A DNA stretch of 64,000 nucleotides from contig CAVBCV010000001.1 in the NCBI GenBank assembly GCA_963594125.1, forward strand, positions 746-64,745. Direction: 5' to 3'. The notes under the pieces were generated by a model. That model made no database searches. It worked only from the letters and a program-made list of their open reading frames with translations, and was not told where the DNA came from. Positions 45,904 to 55,675 of the stretch are shown here, piece by piece. Made by a program: the position numbers and the translations under genes. Position 1 is the first letter of the stretch. Each line of letters opens with the position of its first letter. Origin of the DNA: Lachnospiraceae bacterium. GTDB taxonomy: Bacteria > Pseudomonadota > Alphaproteobacteria > RF32 > CAG-239.

Positions 45904-47016
45904 ATGATAATAAAACCGCTGAATATTTTGGGTCTGATGGGCGGAACCGCGCTTGACGGCATTAAAATCGCGTTGATAAACACCGACGGAATTGATGTTT
46001 ATAACGTTGAGTTTGCCCGCAAAATTTTGTATCCAGATTCATTGCGGCAAAAAATTCGCGCTATAATCGGCAAAAAAACAACCTCGCCGGAAGATGCTGA
46101 ATTAATTGAGCAAACTGACGCCGAATTTACTGATTTTTTGTATGAAACCATTACCGAAACTCTAAACGAATGTGAAATTTGTCCTGATTACATCGGCTTA
46201 GAAGGACCGACTATTTGTCACGACGCGCAAAATTGTTATACTTATCAGCTTGGCAAAGGCAAAATTTTAGCCGAAAAAACCGGAATTAAAGTGGTTACTC
46301 ATTTTCATAACGCCGATATTTTAAATGGCGGACAAGGCTCGCCGGTAATGGCGACTTATTACAGCTCTTTGGCGCAAACTTTAGAAAAACCGGCGGCGTT
46401 TATTAATATCGGCGGCATAACAAGCTTAATTTGGACCGGTCACTTGGGCGAAATTACCGCTTTTGACTGCGGTCCCGGCAACGCTTTAATTGACGATTGG
46501 GTTTTTAAGCACGCCAATATGATGATGGATTACAATGGTAAGCTCGCCGCCACCGGAACCGTGCATGAAAAAATTGTGGCGCAAATGATGAAACAAGATT
46601 TTTTTGCCAAATATCCGCCCAAATCAGCCGACCGCAACTCTTTTAATGATAAAATTGAACATTTGGAAGGGCTGTCGCTGGAAGACGGAGCCGCCACCGC
46701 CACAGCGTTTATTTGCGAGGCAGTGGCTTATTCTTTGGCTTTATATCTGCCGGAAGTTCCTAAACGCGCGGTTATTTGCGGCGGCGGAGCGCAAAACCCG
46801 ACTTTAGTTCGGTTTATGCGCAACAAACTTAAAGAAATGAATATTGAAACCGCACTTGCTGATATTTTTGAACATAAAATCGGCGATGCGCAGGCGGCTG
46901 CGTTTTTGGCGGCGCGGCGGGTTTATTCGCTGCCGATTACGTTTCCGACCACCACCGGAGTTGCGGCGCCGATTACCGGAGGTGTGATTTATGAAAAGGA
47001 AAATGCTGATGTCTGA
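45904..47016 (+). CDS. anmK: Anhydro-N-acetylmuramic acid kinase, 370 aa.
   Basis: The start LGLMGGTALDGIKIALINTDG parallels the AnmK motif GxMSGTSxDGxD, and the length and sugar-kinase fold features fit. Confidence 0.8.
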   Translation: MIIKPLNILGLMGGTALDGIKIALINTDGIDVYNVEFARKILYPDSLRQKIRAIIGKKTTSPEDAELIEQTDAEFTDFLYETITETLNECEICPDYIGLEGPTICHDAQNCYTYQLGKGKILAEKTGIKVVTHFHNADILNGGQGSPVMATYYSSLAQTLEKPAAFINIGGITSLIWTGHLGEITAFDCGPGNALIDDWVFKHANMMMDYNGKLAATGTVHEKIVAQMMKQDFFAKYPPKSADRNSFNDKIEHLEGLSLEDGAATATAFICEAVAYSLALYLPEVPKRAVICGGGAQNPTLVRFMRNKLKEMNIETALADIFEHKIGDAQAAAFLAARRVYSLPITFPTTTGVAAPITGGVIYEKENADV

Positions 47017-47725
47017 TGCTATTAAAACGGAAAACTTAAACAAAATTTACGGTAAAATTAAAGCTTGCGATAATTTTAATTTTGCGGCTAAAAAAGGCGA
47101 AATTATTGCCTTGCTTGGTCCGAACGGAGCCGGAAAATCTACTTTAATGAATATGATTGCCGGATTTTTAGCCCCGACTTCAGGAAAAATTGAAGTTGAA
47201 GGCTTGGACATTTCAGAACACCCGCAAGAAGCAAAAACCAAAATCGGCTTTTTACCGGAAGGCTCGCCGCTGTATCCGGACATGAGCGTTAAAATGTTTT
47301 TGCAATATATGGCCGATTTACGGCAAGTTAAAAAGACAGAAATTGAAAAAGCAATTAAACTTGCCAACATTGAAAATGTTTTAGAGCAAAAAATTGAAAC
47401 TCTTTCCAAGGGGTACTTGCGCCGCGTCGGGTTTGCGCAAAGCATTTTAAGCAATCCTGATATTTTGCTGCTTGACGAGCCGACCGACGGACTTGACCCT
47501 AACCAAAAAGAGCACATGCGCAAATTGATTATGCAAATGGGCAAAGATAAAACCATTTTAATTTCAACCCATTTGTTGGAAGAGGCGGAAAATATATGTA
47601 CCCGCATTATTTTAATCAACAAAGGCAAAATTATGGCGGACGGCACTTATGATGAAGTTTTAGCCATTGCTAAAGCCAAAAATTTGGCAACAGCATTTAA
47701 AAAATTAACTCAGAGTGAAGAATAA
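46991..47725 (+). CDS. ABC transporter ATP-binding protein, GldA-like, 244 aa.
   Basis: Walker A GPNGAGKST, signature LSKGYLRRVGFAQS and Walker B LLLDEPTDGLD. It is adjacent to a GldF/GldG-like fused permease. Confidence 0.8.
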   Translation: MKRKMLMSDAIKTENLNKIYGKIKACDNFNFAAKKGEIIALLGPNGAGKSTLMNMIAGFLAPTSGKIEVEGLDISEHPQEAKTKIGFLPEGSPLYPDMSVKMFLQYMADLRQVKKTEIEKAIKLANIENVLEQKIETLSKGYLRRVGFAQSILSNPDILLLDEPTDGLDPNQKEHMRKLIMQMGKDKTILISTHLLEEAENICTRIILINKGKIMADGTYDEVLAIAKAKNLATAFKKLTQSEE

Positions 47726-47746
47726 CTCCGGCACGAGGATAGTAAC

Positions 47747-50700
47747 ATGAAAAAACTTTGGACAGTTACAAAAAATGAATTGCTGCGGTACTTTATTTCA
47801 CCGCTTGCATATGTTTATTTAGTAGCGTTTTTAATCTTAAATGCCGCGGCGGCTTTTTACTTTGGGCATTTTTTTGAGCGCGGGCAAGCATCACTGGAAG
47901 TTATGTTCTGGTATCAGCCATGGCTGTATTTACTGTTTGTTTCCGGTATTTCCATGCGGCTGTGGGCAGAAGAATTTCGCAACAAAACCGTTGTGCAAAT
48001 TATGACTATGCCGGTTTCGGCGGAAGTTTTGGTATGGGGCAAATTTTTAGCTTCATGGCTGTTTTGCGCCATTGCTTTAGTTTTAACCTTTCCGTTTTGG
48101 ATTACGGTTAATGTTTTGGGCGCGCCGGATAATACCGTTATTTTAATCAGTTATTTAGGCAGCTTAACCTTAGCCGGTTGCATGCTTGCCATATCGCAAA
48201 CCATGTCGGCGCTTACTAAAAACCAAGTAATTGCTTTGGTTTTGGCAGTTGCGGCTAACTTGATGTTCTTTTGGAGCGGAATTGAGTTTGTTTTATCATT
48301 TTTCCGGCTATTTTTGCCTGATTATATGATAGACACCATCGCCTCATTTAGTTTTTTAACCCATTTCAGCAGTATAACACAAGGTCTGGTGGAATTGCGC
48401 GATATTTTATTTTTTGCTTCAGTAATTTTGTTGTTTAATTTCACCACGGTTTTAATTGTCAGTTTTAAAACTTCAGGGACTTCCGCCTGGCTCAAATCAA
48501 CCAGCCGCACATATTATATTACGGCATGGTTTATGCTGCTTTTGGGCTTTATGGGGTTCAATTTGCTTGCCAATAACCTAACCCGCGGAACCCAAATTGA
48601 TTTTAGCGAGGATAAACTTTTTACCCTTGATAAAAACACTGTGGAAATTTTGCAAAATTTACCGGAACCGGTTACCGCCAAACTTTATTATTCCTCAATT
48701 TTGGAGCAGCGCAATCCGACTATGCGGCAAATGTTTGATAAAATCAGAATGCTGCTTAATCAATACAAAAACAGCTCCAACGGGCGCTTTGATTACCGCA
48801 TTTATCACCCGCAAAGCTTGGATAACACTGAAGACCGCGCCATCGCCGATGGTGTTCAGCCGATACCGCTGATTGATATTAATCAAAACGCTTTGTTCGG
48901 CTTAACGGTTAGCGATAGTTTAACCAACAAAAAAGTTATTCCGTATTTTTCAACCGCGCGTATGCCGTTTTTGGAGCAGGATTTAACCTCTATTATTTAT
49001 GAGCTTTCACATCGTAAAAAAACAGCGGCGATTATTACCTCGCTGCCGATTAACGGCGGCGGAACCGATAATATGATTGCGCAGCCATGGGAAATCAGCC
49101 GTAAAATCAGTGAGTTTTACAATATTTCTTATGTGCAAAAACCGGAAGATTTACAAAAACATCCCGATGTGCTGATTATGATTAATCCGCAGCAGCTTTC
49201 CGATGAAATGACGGCGGCAATTAAAGAATATTCGGAAAATTACGGCAATATTTTGTTGTTGCTTGACAGCGCCGCGGAAGCAACCAGACTTTACTCCAGC
49301 GTTAATTATCCGTTTGTGCCGCCGGTCTTAAACGGGCTTGATGAATTTTGGGGATTTAGATTTTATAATGAATATGTAGTAGCAGACTTAGACAACTCAA
49401 TAACAGTTGACGCCACCAGCAACTATAAAAACAATCCGGCATTTACGCAAGATGTGATTCAATTTAAGCTAAAAGACGGAAGCTTTAACCACAATCACCC
49501 GATAACTAAGCGTTTGCAAACTTTGCTGATGTCATCAGCCTCGGTTATTTTGCCGACAGAAGACAGTAATACTGATTTTATCCCGCTGCTGCAAGCGAGC
49601 AAAAACTCTGCATTAATGCCGATAAGCGTGGTATATGACGGCTTAAACCCGCGGCAGATTTTAAGCAATTTTAAGCCGGATGAAAATCCGAAAGTTTTGG
49701 CGGCGGCTATTCACGGCAAAAACCCTGATAATCAGTTTAATTTGGTGGTAGTCGGCGATACTGATTTTATTTATGATAATTTTTGGGCGACTTCTCAAAC
49801 ATTTTTAGAGCAAACATATTTCTTTCCGCTGTTTAACAACGCCGATTTTATCTTAAATGCGCTTGATTACTTAACCAATAATGACGACTTGCTTAATCTG
49901 CGCGGTAAATCAGCGCGAAGCCGCGAATTTTCAGATATTGAAAAATTGCGCAAGCTCAATATTTTTGAATATAAAATTAAAGAAGAGCAGATTTTTAAAC
50001 AAATTGATGAGGTTAAACAACAACTGAGCGAGATTTGGGGCAAGCGAAATTTTGAAGAGCGGCAAACTTTTACCGCCGATGAATTAGCTTTAATCAGCGG
50101 AATCCGCAAACAGCTTGATAATTTGCGCAAAGATTTAAGCAATGTGCGTATTTTGGCAGGGCAAAACATCAACCGAATTGCCATGGCGGTTAAATTTGCA
50201 AACATATTTGCCGTGCCGTTATTGTTAAGCCTTATCTTGCTGCTTTACGGACTTAAAAAACGTTCTAAAAAAACATTGGCGGTTAAATTTAAGCTTAATT
50301 CAGAGCTGATTAAACTATCATCAATCGGAGTGTTAATTTTATTAATGGGTATTGCTTCGGTATTTTTGTTTAATCGTTCGGATATTCAAAAATATGAAAA
50401 CAAGCCGCTGTTTCCGGATTTGCCGGATAAAATAAACGAGGTTCAAACCATCAGTATTAAAACGCATAATGAGCAGCTTACTTTTGAGTTAAAAGACAAT
50501 GTTTGGAGCTTAAAAGAGCATGCTGATTTTCCGGTACTGCAAGAGCGAATCCGGAGCTTTTTAAGCGCAATAATGGAAGCTCGTTTTTATGAAAAAAAAG
50601 CAAGCAAAGCCGAGCAACTAGCGGTCTTTGGGCTTCAGCCGATTGAAGCGGAAAATTCACCGAACACCCGCATTGAACTTTTGGATAAAAACAACAAATC

Positions 50701-51193
50701 GGTGCAAGCATTTGAGGTCGGAAAATATAATATTGAGCTTGGGCGAGGTTCATCAGCGGCTTATATTAAGTTTGACGGACAATTTCAGGTATGGCTTGCA
50801 GAGGTTGATTTTATTGATTTATCCGCCGATTGGCATGCTTGGACTTATAGCAATTTATGGGATTTGCGGTTCGGCAGGCTTGAAAGCTTTAACCAAAACA
50901 GCGACGCAACTCAAATTGCCGAATTAATGAAGCATGCTTTAAATACACCGTTCATAAGCACAACCGATAAGCTTGAAAAAGCCAAAGAATTAAGCAAATT
51001 AAATATTAAAGCTGAAGATGGCAATGAGGTTGCGCTGCAATTTTATGAAAGCGAAAATAAAATTTGGGTAAAATATAACTTTGTTAAAGAGCCTTATGGC
51101 ACGCATTTTGCCTTTTTTGCCCCTTACGCCAAAGATAAATATTTTGAAATTGCCACTGAAAAATGGGAGCCGATAAAAGATGCAATTAAATAA
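47747..51193 (+). CDS. Large fused protein of 1148 aa. It combines an N-terminal ABC-2 type permease (GldF-like, six TM helices), a GldG-like uncharacterized-transport-system domain, and a C-terminal DUF4340-like region behind an extra TM anchor.
   Basis: Six N-terminal TM helices, an extracytoplasmic region of about 500 aa, a TM segment IFAVPLLLSLILLLYGL, and a second TM before the C-terminal domain. The assignment to GldF/GldG/DUF4340 is recalled from architecture, not from a search. Confidence 0.6.
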   Translation: MKKLWTVTKNELLRYFISPLAYVYLVAFLILNAAAAFYFGHFFERGQASLEVMFWYQPWLYLLFVSGISMRLWAEEFRNKTVVQIMTMPVSAEVLVWGKFLASWLFCAIALVLTFPFWITVNVLGAPDNTVILISYLGSLTLAGCMLAISQTMSALTKNQVIALVLAVAANLMFFWSGIEFVLSFFRLFLPDYMIDTIASFSFLTHFSSITQGLVELRDILFFASVILLFNFTTVLIVSFKTSGTSAWLKSTSRTYYITAWFMLLLGFMGFNLLANNLTRGTQIDFSEDKLFTLDKNTVEILQNLPEPVTAKLYYSSILEQRNPTMRQMFDKIRMLLNQYKNSSNGRFDYRIYHPQSLDNTEDRAIADGVQPIPLIDINQNALFGLTVSDSLTNKKVIPYFSTARMPFLEQDLTSIIYELSHRKKTAAIITSLPINGGGTDNMIAQPWEISRKISEFYNISYVQKPEDLQKHPDVLIMINPQQLSDEMTAAIKEYSENYGNILLLLDSAAEATRLYSSVNYPFVPPVLNGLDEFWGFRFYNEYVVADLDNSITVDATSNYKNNPAFTQDVIQFKLKDGSFNHNHPITKRLQTLLMSSASVILPTEDSNTDFIPLLQASKNSALMPISVVYDGLNPRQILSNFKPDENPKVLAAAIHGKNPDNQFNLVVVGDTDFIYDNFWATSQTFLEQTYFFPLFNNADFILNALDYLTNNDDLLNLRGKSARSREFSDIEKLRKLNIFEYKIKEEQIFKQIDEVKQQLSEIWGKRNFEERQTFTADELALISGIRKQLDNLRKDLSNVRILAGQNINRIAMAVKFANIFAVPLLLSLILLLYGLKKRSKKTLAVKFKLNSELIKLSSIGVLILLMGIASVFLFNRSDIQKYENKPLFPDLPDKINEVQTISIKTHNEQLTFELKDNVWSLKEHADFPVLQERIRSFLSAIMEARFYEKKASKAEQLAVFGLQPIEAENSPNTRIELLDKNNKSVQAFEVGKYNIELGRGSSAAYIKFDGQFQVWLAEVDFIDLSADWHAWTYSNLWDLRFGRLESFNQNSDATQIAELMKHALNTPFISTTDKLEKAKELSKLNIKAEDGNEVALQFYESENKIWVKYNFVKEPYGTHFAFFAPYAKDKYFEIATEKWEPIKDAIK

Positions 51194-52097
51194 CAATAAA
51201 TTAAAACGTCTTGCCGCCGCAATGAGCGTTTCATTAGCGCTAATGCTGTGCCTTATTAAAACTCTCGGCGCGCTATACACCGGTTCACTTGCCATTTTAT
51301 CGTCATTAATTGACAGTCTTGCCGATGTTTTTGCCTCTTCGGTCTCATTTGTAGCAATAAAATTTTCAACCAAGCCGGCGAATCTTAAACATCGTTACGG
51401 ATACGGACGCGCCGAATCAGTCAGCGCGTTAGCGCAATCGGCGTTTATTGCCGGTTCCGGATTATTTGTAATGTATGACGGAGTAAACCGCATAATTAAC
51501 CCCGCCCCGCTTGAAAAAACCGGTTTAGGTATTGTGATTATGGTTATAAGCTTACTCGCAACCTGCGGATTGATTTTGTTTCAGCGTTATGTGGCAAAAA
51601 AGACAGATTCTCCGGCAATAAAAGCCGATAGCGCGCATTATACAGTTGATGTTTTAACCAATGGCGCAATTATTGCATCATTACTTGCCGTTAAATTTTT
51701 TAAGATAAATTGGTTTGATATTGTTACCGCATTTGTAATTGCCGCTTATTTAATTTATAACGCTTACAAAATTGCGGCGGAAGCAGTCAGCGCCTTAACC
51801 GACCGCGAACTTAGCGATGAAATCAGACAGCAGGTAATTGATATTATTATCAACAGCGAAGGTATAGAAGGGTTTCATGACTTTAGAACCCGCGACCTGG
51901 GCGGAATTTATATGTTTGAAATCCATCTTGAGCTGGACGGCGATTTATCACTAAACAAAACTCATGAATTGAGCGATATGGTTGAAGATAAGATTAAAGT
52001 AGTGTTTCCAAATTCGCAAGTTATTATTCATCAAGACCCTTACGGTTTACATGAAAATCGCCTTGATTATGATATTAACGGTAGCTGCGAAATTTAA
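51180..52097 (+). CDS. fieF: Cation diffusion facilitator family transporter, FieF/CzcD-like, 305 aa.
   Basis: Six TM helices with the CDF motif SLAILSSLIDSLAD and a C-terminal cytoplasmic domain. Confidence 0.8.
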   Translation: MQLNNNKLKRLAAAMSVSLALMLCLIKTLGALYTGSLAILSSLIDSLADVFASSVSFVAIKFSTKPANLKHRYGYGRAESVSALAQSAFIAGSGLFVMYDGVNRIINPAPLEKTGLGIVIMVISLLATCGLILFQRYVAKKTDSPAIKADSAHYTVDVLTNGAIIASLLAVKFFKINWFDIVTAFVIAAYLIYNAYKIAAEAVSALTDRELSDEIRQQVIDIIINSEGIEGFHDFRTRDLGGIYMFEIHLELDGDLSLNKTHELSDMVEDKIKVVFPNSQVIIHQDPYGLHENRLDYDINGSCEI

Positions 52098-52172
52098 ATA
52101 CAGCGTTCATTTAAATTTACTATTTCTCATCGGATAATAAGGATTGGGTGTGGTTTGGACGCCAATCATAAT

Positions 52173-52198
52173 CGGTGGTAACGTTTATGTTACCACCG
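52173..52198 (+). terminator. Terminator-like hairpin (cggtggtaac-gtttat-gttaccaccg) downstream of the CDF gene, followed by AT-rich sequence.
   Basis: A perfect 10-bp inverted repeat. It lacks a clean T-run, so it is only tentatively a terminator. Confidence 0.3.
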
Positions 52199-52430
52199 AT
52201 TAATATATTTAAAATCCCCGTAACCTTTGCGGTCGGGGCTGTCAAAATTTAAGTTGTGTTTTATTGCGGTTGAAAATGCGGCATGCTTATCTGCTTAAAT
52301 CCGGCAGACTATTTTATGCGCCATATTCAACCTGTGTTTTAATTATAAATTTTTTAATCACTCTCCTTTCATATTTATATAACAAAACCGCCTGCGAAAA
52401 CATCGCAGGCGGGGTTAATTTGCAATACGA

Positions 52431-52757
52431 TTATTCAAAAGTGCAACGACCTGTTTTAGGATTTATACGTTTACTGTATTTCATGCATAATTCTTCAGAA
52501 TATATCTTTGCAAGTTCTACGTCACAGCGTTTTCTATCCCTACGACAATCTTTCATAACTTTCACATGTTCTGGTGTCATTTGAACGCATCCGTATTTGT
52601 TATTCCAAAGCAAGCAATCGTCGCGGCAGCGATCTTCATAATAATCCCAAACATCACCGCCATCACGACACGTTTCCTCCAGCAAAGCAGAATCTATTCC
52701 ACCTAATATCCATAACAATATCAAGCTTACTGTCGTTATAATTATTGCTCTTTTCAT
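52431..52757 (-). CDS. Small secreted cysteine-rich protein, 108 aa with 8 Cys.
   Basis: Signal peptide IITTVSLILLWILGG and a mature region rich in Cys and Asp/Arg. Confidence 0.45.
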   Translation of the reverse strand: MKRAIIITTVSLILLWILGGIDSALLEETCRDGGDVWDYYEDRCRDDCLLWNNKYGCVQMTPEHVKVMKDCRRDRKRCDVELAKIYSEELCMKYSKRINPKTGRCTFE

Positions 52758-52862
52758 TTTGCATAACCTCTTTATTTTTTATCGTCCGGTAATTTGGCGG
52801 GGATGTATTTATCCCAACCACGCGCTTTTAGCTCTGTTTGATGGCACTTTAAGAAAATTTCC

Positions 52863-53270
52863 TTATTCACCTAAGCAAAATGGTATTCTGGCAATAAAAC
52901 CGTGCTCTATATTAGTTCCATCATAATCATATTCTTTAACCAAATAGTCACACCCCAAATATTTATCAGCTTTAGTTATCTTAAATTCTTTAATATCTTT
53001 AAGCGTTTTATCTGCTGTATCTTTTTCCTCTGCCAAATAAATATAACTACACAGGTACTGTAAATAACCGATTTCATTTTTTAATAATTTACAGTCATTG
53101 TAATATTTATATTCATCATCTGTATAAATTTGATTTTCTGATAATTTAACAATATATGGATCTTTACCATTATACATCAGTTTATGATTAAAACGTTTAT
53201 CTACAAATTCAGCTTTACACACATTGCTAAAAATCATTAACATTGCAAAAATTAAAATAAATTTTTTCAT
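52863..53270 (-). CDS. Secreted hypothetical protein of about 135 aa.
   Basis: Signal peptide MKKFILIFAMLMIFSNVCKA. The start at 53270 is preferred. Confidence 0.45.
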   Translation of the reverse strand: MKKFILIFAMLMIFSNVCKAEFVDKRFNHKLMYNGKDPYIVKLSENQIYTDDEYKYYNDCKLLKNEIGYLQYLCSYIYLAEEKDTADKTLKDIKEFKITKADKYLGCDYLVKEYDYDGTNIEHGFIARIPFCLGE

Positions 53271-53660
53271 TCTCTTTGCTCTCTTAATAAAAAACATAAC
53301 ATAATAATAACAACCATAATGATATTTGCAACACTTATTTGTGATGTTACATACTGTTTGTAAACAATATATAGGTATTATAAATACTTATCAAAACAGC
53401 CTTGACAATAGAATTTACTGCTTTTAGATTAAATATTGCTCCTCACCAATAGGAACGAAACGTTTGATCGCCTATTTGGTATCTGTATGCGGTAGGCTGA
53501 CCGGTACAGGATTGGGGAGCACTTTTTAATCTATTTTATACATTGACACAATCATATAACCATCATCCCTGCCATAGCCATTACCTAGTAATGGATTTTG
53601 CTTTAATATATTATACGATTGTTTTATTTTGCGCACAATTTGTGATTTTTTTTGATAAAC

Positions 53661-53710
53661 CACCCCGTCGGCGTTCCGCCGCCACCCCTCCACGGGATGG
53701 GAATTTTAAA
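53661..53710 (+). repeat. Copy of the dispersed GC-hairpin motif (caccccgtcgg...ccacccctccacgggatgggaatttt).
   Basis: Matches the reverse complement of 10-55 and the first part of the 100-bp tandem unit. Confidence 0.5.
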
Positions 53711-53760
53711 GTGCAGATTTAAATACAACTTATGCACAGCATGGACTCGTAAATATTGCA

Positions 53761-53817
53761 AAAAAAAAAACGCGAGCTAAAATCCTCTCAAAATTAACTT
53801 TTTGAGAGGATTTTAGC
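53761..53817 (-). terminator. Strong intrinsic terminator on the minus strand, an 18-bp perfect stem (gctaaaatcctctcaaaa / ttttgagaggattttagc) followed by T10.
   Basis: The + strand shows A10 then the inverted repeat, so on the minus strand this is a hairpin followed by ten T residues. It lies directly downstream of structured element copy 2 on the minus strand. Confidence 0.75.
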
Positions 53818-53860
53818 TCATGAATACATATTTTAGCCGCTTTTTACACCACACTCTGTT

Positions 53861-53954
53861 ATATTCGGGCTTGACCCGAATATCTAGATGGAACAAATTT
53901 GCTAATTTGGTTGACCTGGACACTCCGATCAAGTCGGAGTGTGACAGAAAGGGG
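53861..53954 (-). repeat. Copy 2 of the structured element of about 93 nt on the minus strand, a candidate small RNA that would terminate at 53761-53817.
   Basis: See copy 1 at 98-190. The two copies are about 70% identical and carry compensatory changes in two helices. Confidence 0.55.
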
Positions 53955-53987
53955 AAGGACGCATCGCTCAAGCCCAAAGGTGACAGC

Positions 53988-54593
53988 TTGTGTGCAGGGC
54001 GCAGCATGGTAGAGATGCTTGGTGTGCTTGCGATTATCGGGGTACTTTCTGTTGGCGCTATCAGCGGTTACTCCAAAGCGATGATGAAATATCGGCTCAA
54101 CAAGCAAGCGGAACAAATTAATCAGATAGTTAATGCAGTTTCACAATATCATGACCAGATTAAATCGGACACACCTATTTCTTTGGTACCGATATTTAAG
54201 AAAATAAATTTAATTCCGGTGGAAATGATAAAAGATGACTCATACAATATTTATGATATTTTTGGAAATAAAATTAGAATAACATCATATAACTATCATG
54301 GGCTTTATGTGGCTAATCTTAGTTACAATATTGATTTAACTAATTTAAACAACATGGAAGTTTGCCGCAACATTATTAATACCATTAAAGAAAACAGCCA
54401 AAGTATTTACTACCTTGAAAGCATTGCTGATTGGGATACCGAAAACGCAAAACAAAAAATATTATATGGCGACGCCTACTGTAATAAATACAGAGGGTGT
54501 CTTAACAGCGTTTCTGTTAATGATATGGATAATATTTGCCGCGGATATGAAAAAAATGAAGATGCTAATATGATTGTTTGGTGGCACAGTTAA
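53988..54593 (+). CDS. Prepilin-type N-terminal domain protein, a type IV pilin- or pseudopilin-like protein of about 201 aa.
   Basis: The segment G|RSMVEMLGVLAIIGVLSVGAISG resembles the class III signal G|FTLIELMIVVAIIGIL, with Glu at +5. The candidate start is the TTG at 53988 with an aaggtg RBS; the alternative is the ATG at 54006. The ORF-track extension back to 53820 overlaps the antisense element and is probably not translated. Confidence 0.45.
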   Translation: MCAGRSMVEMLGVLAIIGVLSVGAISGYSKAMMKYRLNKQAEQINQIVNAVSQYHDQIKSDTPISLVPIFKKINLIPVEMIKDDSYNIYDIFGNKIRITSYNYHGLYVANLSYNIDLTNLNNMEVCRNIINTIKENSQSIYYLESIADWDTENAKQKILYGDAYCNKYRGCLNSVSVNDMDNICRGYEKNEDANMIVWWHS

Positions 54594-55667
54594 TCAGGCT
54601 TGTTCGGCATCTTTTTTAGATTTTAGCTGACCGCAAGCGGCTAAAATATCTTGTCCGCGGGCAATCCTTACCGGCGCGGCGAATCCCGCTTTTTCAAGCG
54701 CGGCGGCAAAAGCCTTTACTTTTTCAGGTTTGCTTGGCTTAAAAATACAATTCGGCCACGGGTTAAACGGTATTAAATTAAAAGAAGCGCGCAAACGGTA
54801 TTTTTTCATTAGAGCTATCAGTTCCGCCGCGCATTTCGCCGAATCATTTATGCCGTCAAGCAGCAAGTATTCAAAGGTTATATAACGACTGCCGTCTTCA
54901 GCCTGATACTCCTGACAAGCTTTTAATATTTGCTCTATCGGGAACTTATCGTTTATCGGCATAATCTGCGAGCGGATTTTATTGTTAGGAGCGTGCAACG
55001 ATATTGCCAAACGCACACCGGTTGCCTGCAAAGTCGGCACAATTTTAGGCGTGATTCCTGAAGTTGACATTGTAACGCGGCGGCGCGAAATGGCTATACC
55101 ATCGCCGTCAGTTAAAATATTTAAGGCCTTAATTACATTTTCTTGATTATGCAGCGGCTCGCCCATGCCCATAACCACAATATTGGATAAATAACGCGTT
55201 TCATTGGTCGGGCTCGGCCATTCGCCATATGTATCGCGAGCAACCATAAACTGGCTGACAATTTCACCCGCAGTTAAATTACGGGTTAATTTTTGGCTTC
55301 CGGTATGGCAAAAGCGGCAACCTACCGCACACCCCACCTGAGTTGAAATACAAACCGCGCCGCGGTCTTCTTCCGGAATATAAACCATTTCAACCCGCTC
55401 GCCATCTTTAAATTCAAGCAGCCATTTACGAGTTTTATCTTTTGAAACCTGTTCCGCCACAATTTTGGGACGGGTAATGGTAAAATTATCAGCTAATTTT
55501 TGCCGCAAGTCTTTAGAAAAACTGCTCATCTTAGCAAAATCGTTTTCGCCGTGAAAATATAACCACTGCCAAAGCTGTTTGGCACGAAACGGCTTTTCGC
55601 CTAAACCGGCGATTAACGCCTCAATTTCAGCTTTGCTTAATCCGATGAGTTCTTGTTTTTCAGCCAT
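54594..55667 (-). CDS. rlmN: 23S rRNA / tRNA (adenine-C2)-methyltransferase RlmN, a radical SAM enzyme, about 357 aa.
   Basis: Radical SAM motif CAVGCRFC, a conserved C-terminal Cys (ILAACGQL) and the RlmN-typical N-terminus. Confidence 0.85.
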   Translation of the reverse strand: MAEKQELIGLSKAEIEALIAGLGEKPFRAKQLWQWLYFHGENDFAKMSSFSKDLRQKLADNFTITRPKIVAEQVSKDKTRKWLLEFKDGERVEMVYIPEEDRGAVCISTQVGCAVGCRFCHTGSQKLTRNLTAGEIVSQFMVARDTYGEWPSPTNETRYLSNIVVMGMGEPLHNQENVIKALNILTDGDGIAISRRRVTMSTSGITPKIVPTLQATGVRLAISLHAPNNKIRSQIMPINDKFPIEQILKACQEYQAEDGSRYITFEYLLLDGINDSAKCAAELIALMKKYRLRASFNLIPFNPWPNCIFKPSKPEKVKAFAAALEKAGFAAPVRIARGQDILAACGQLKSKKDAEQA

Positions 55668-55675
55668 ATCAACCT

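Noticed and set aside
53820-53987. N-terminal extension of 56 codons on the pilin-like ORF, starting at the ATG at 53820
   Set aside because: It would make an implausibly long leader that runs through the conserved antisense structured element and abuts a terminator hairpin. An RBS-supported TTG at 53988 or the ATG at 54006 fits better.
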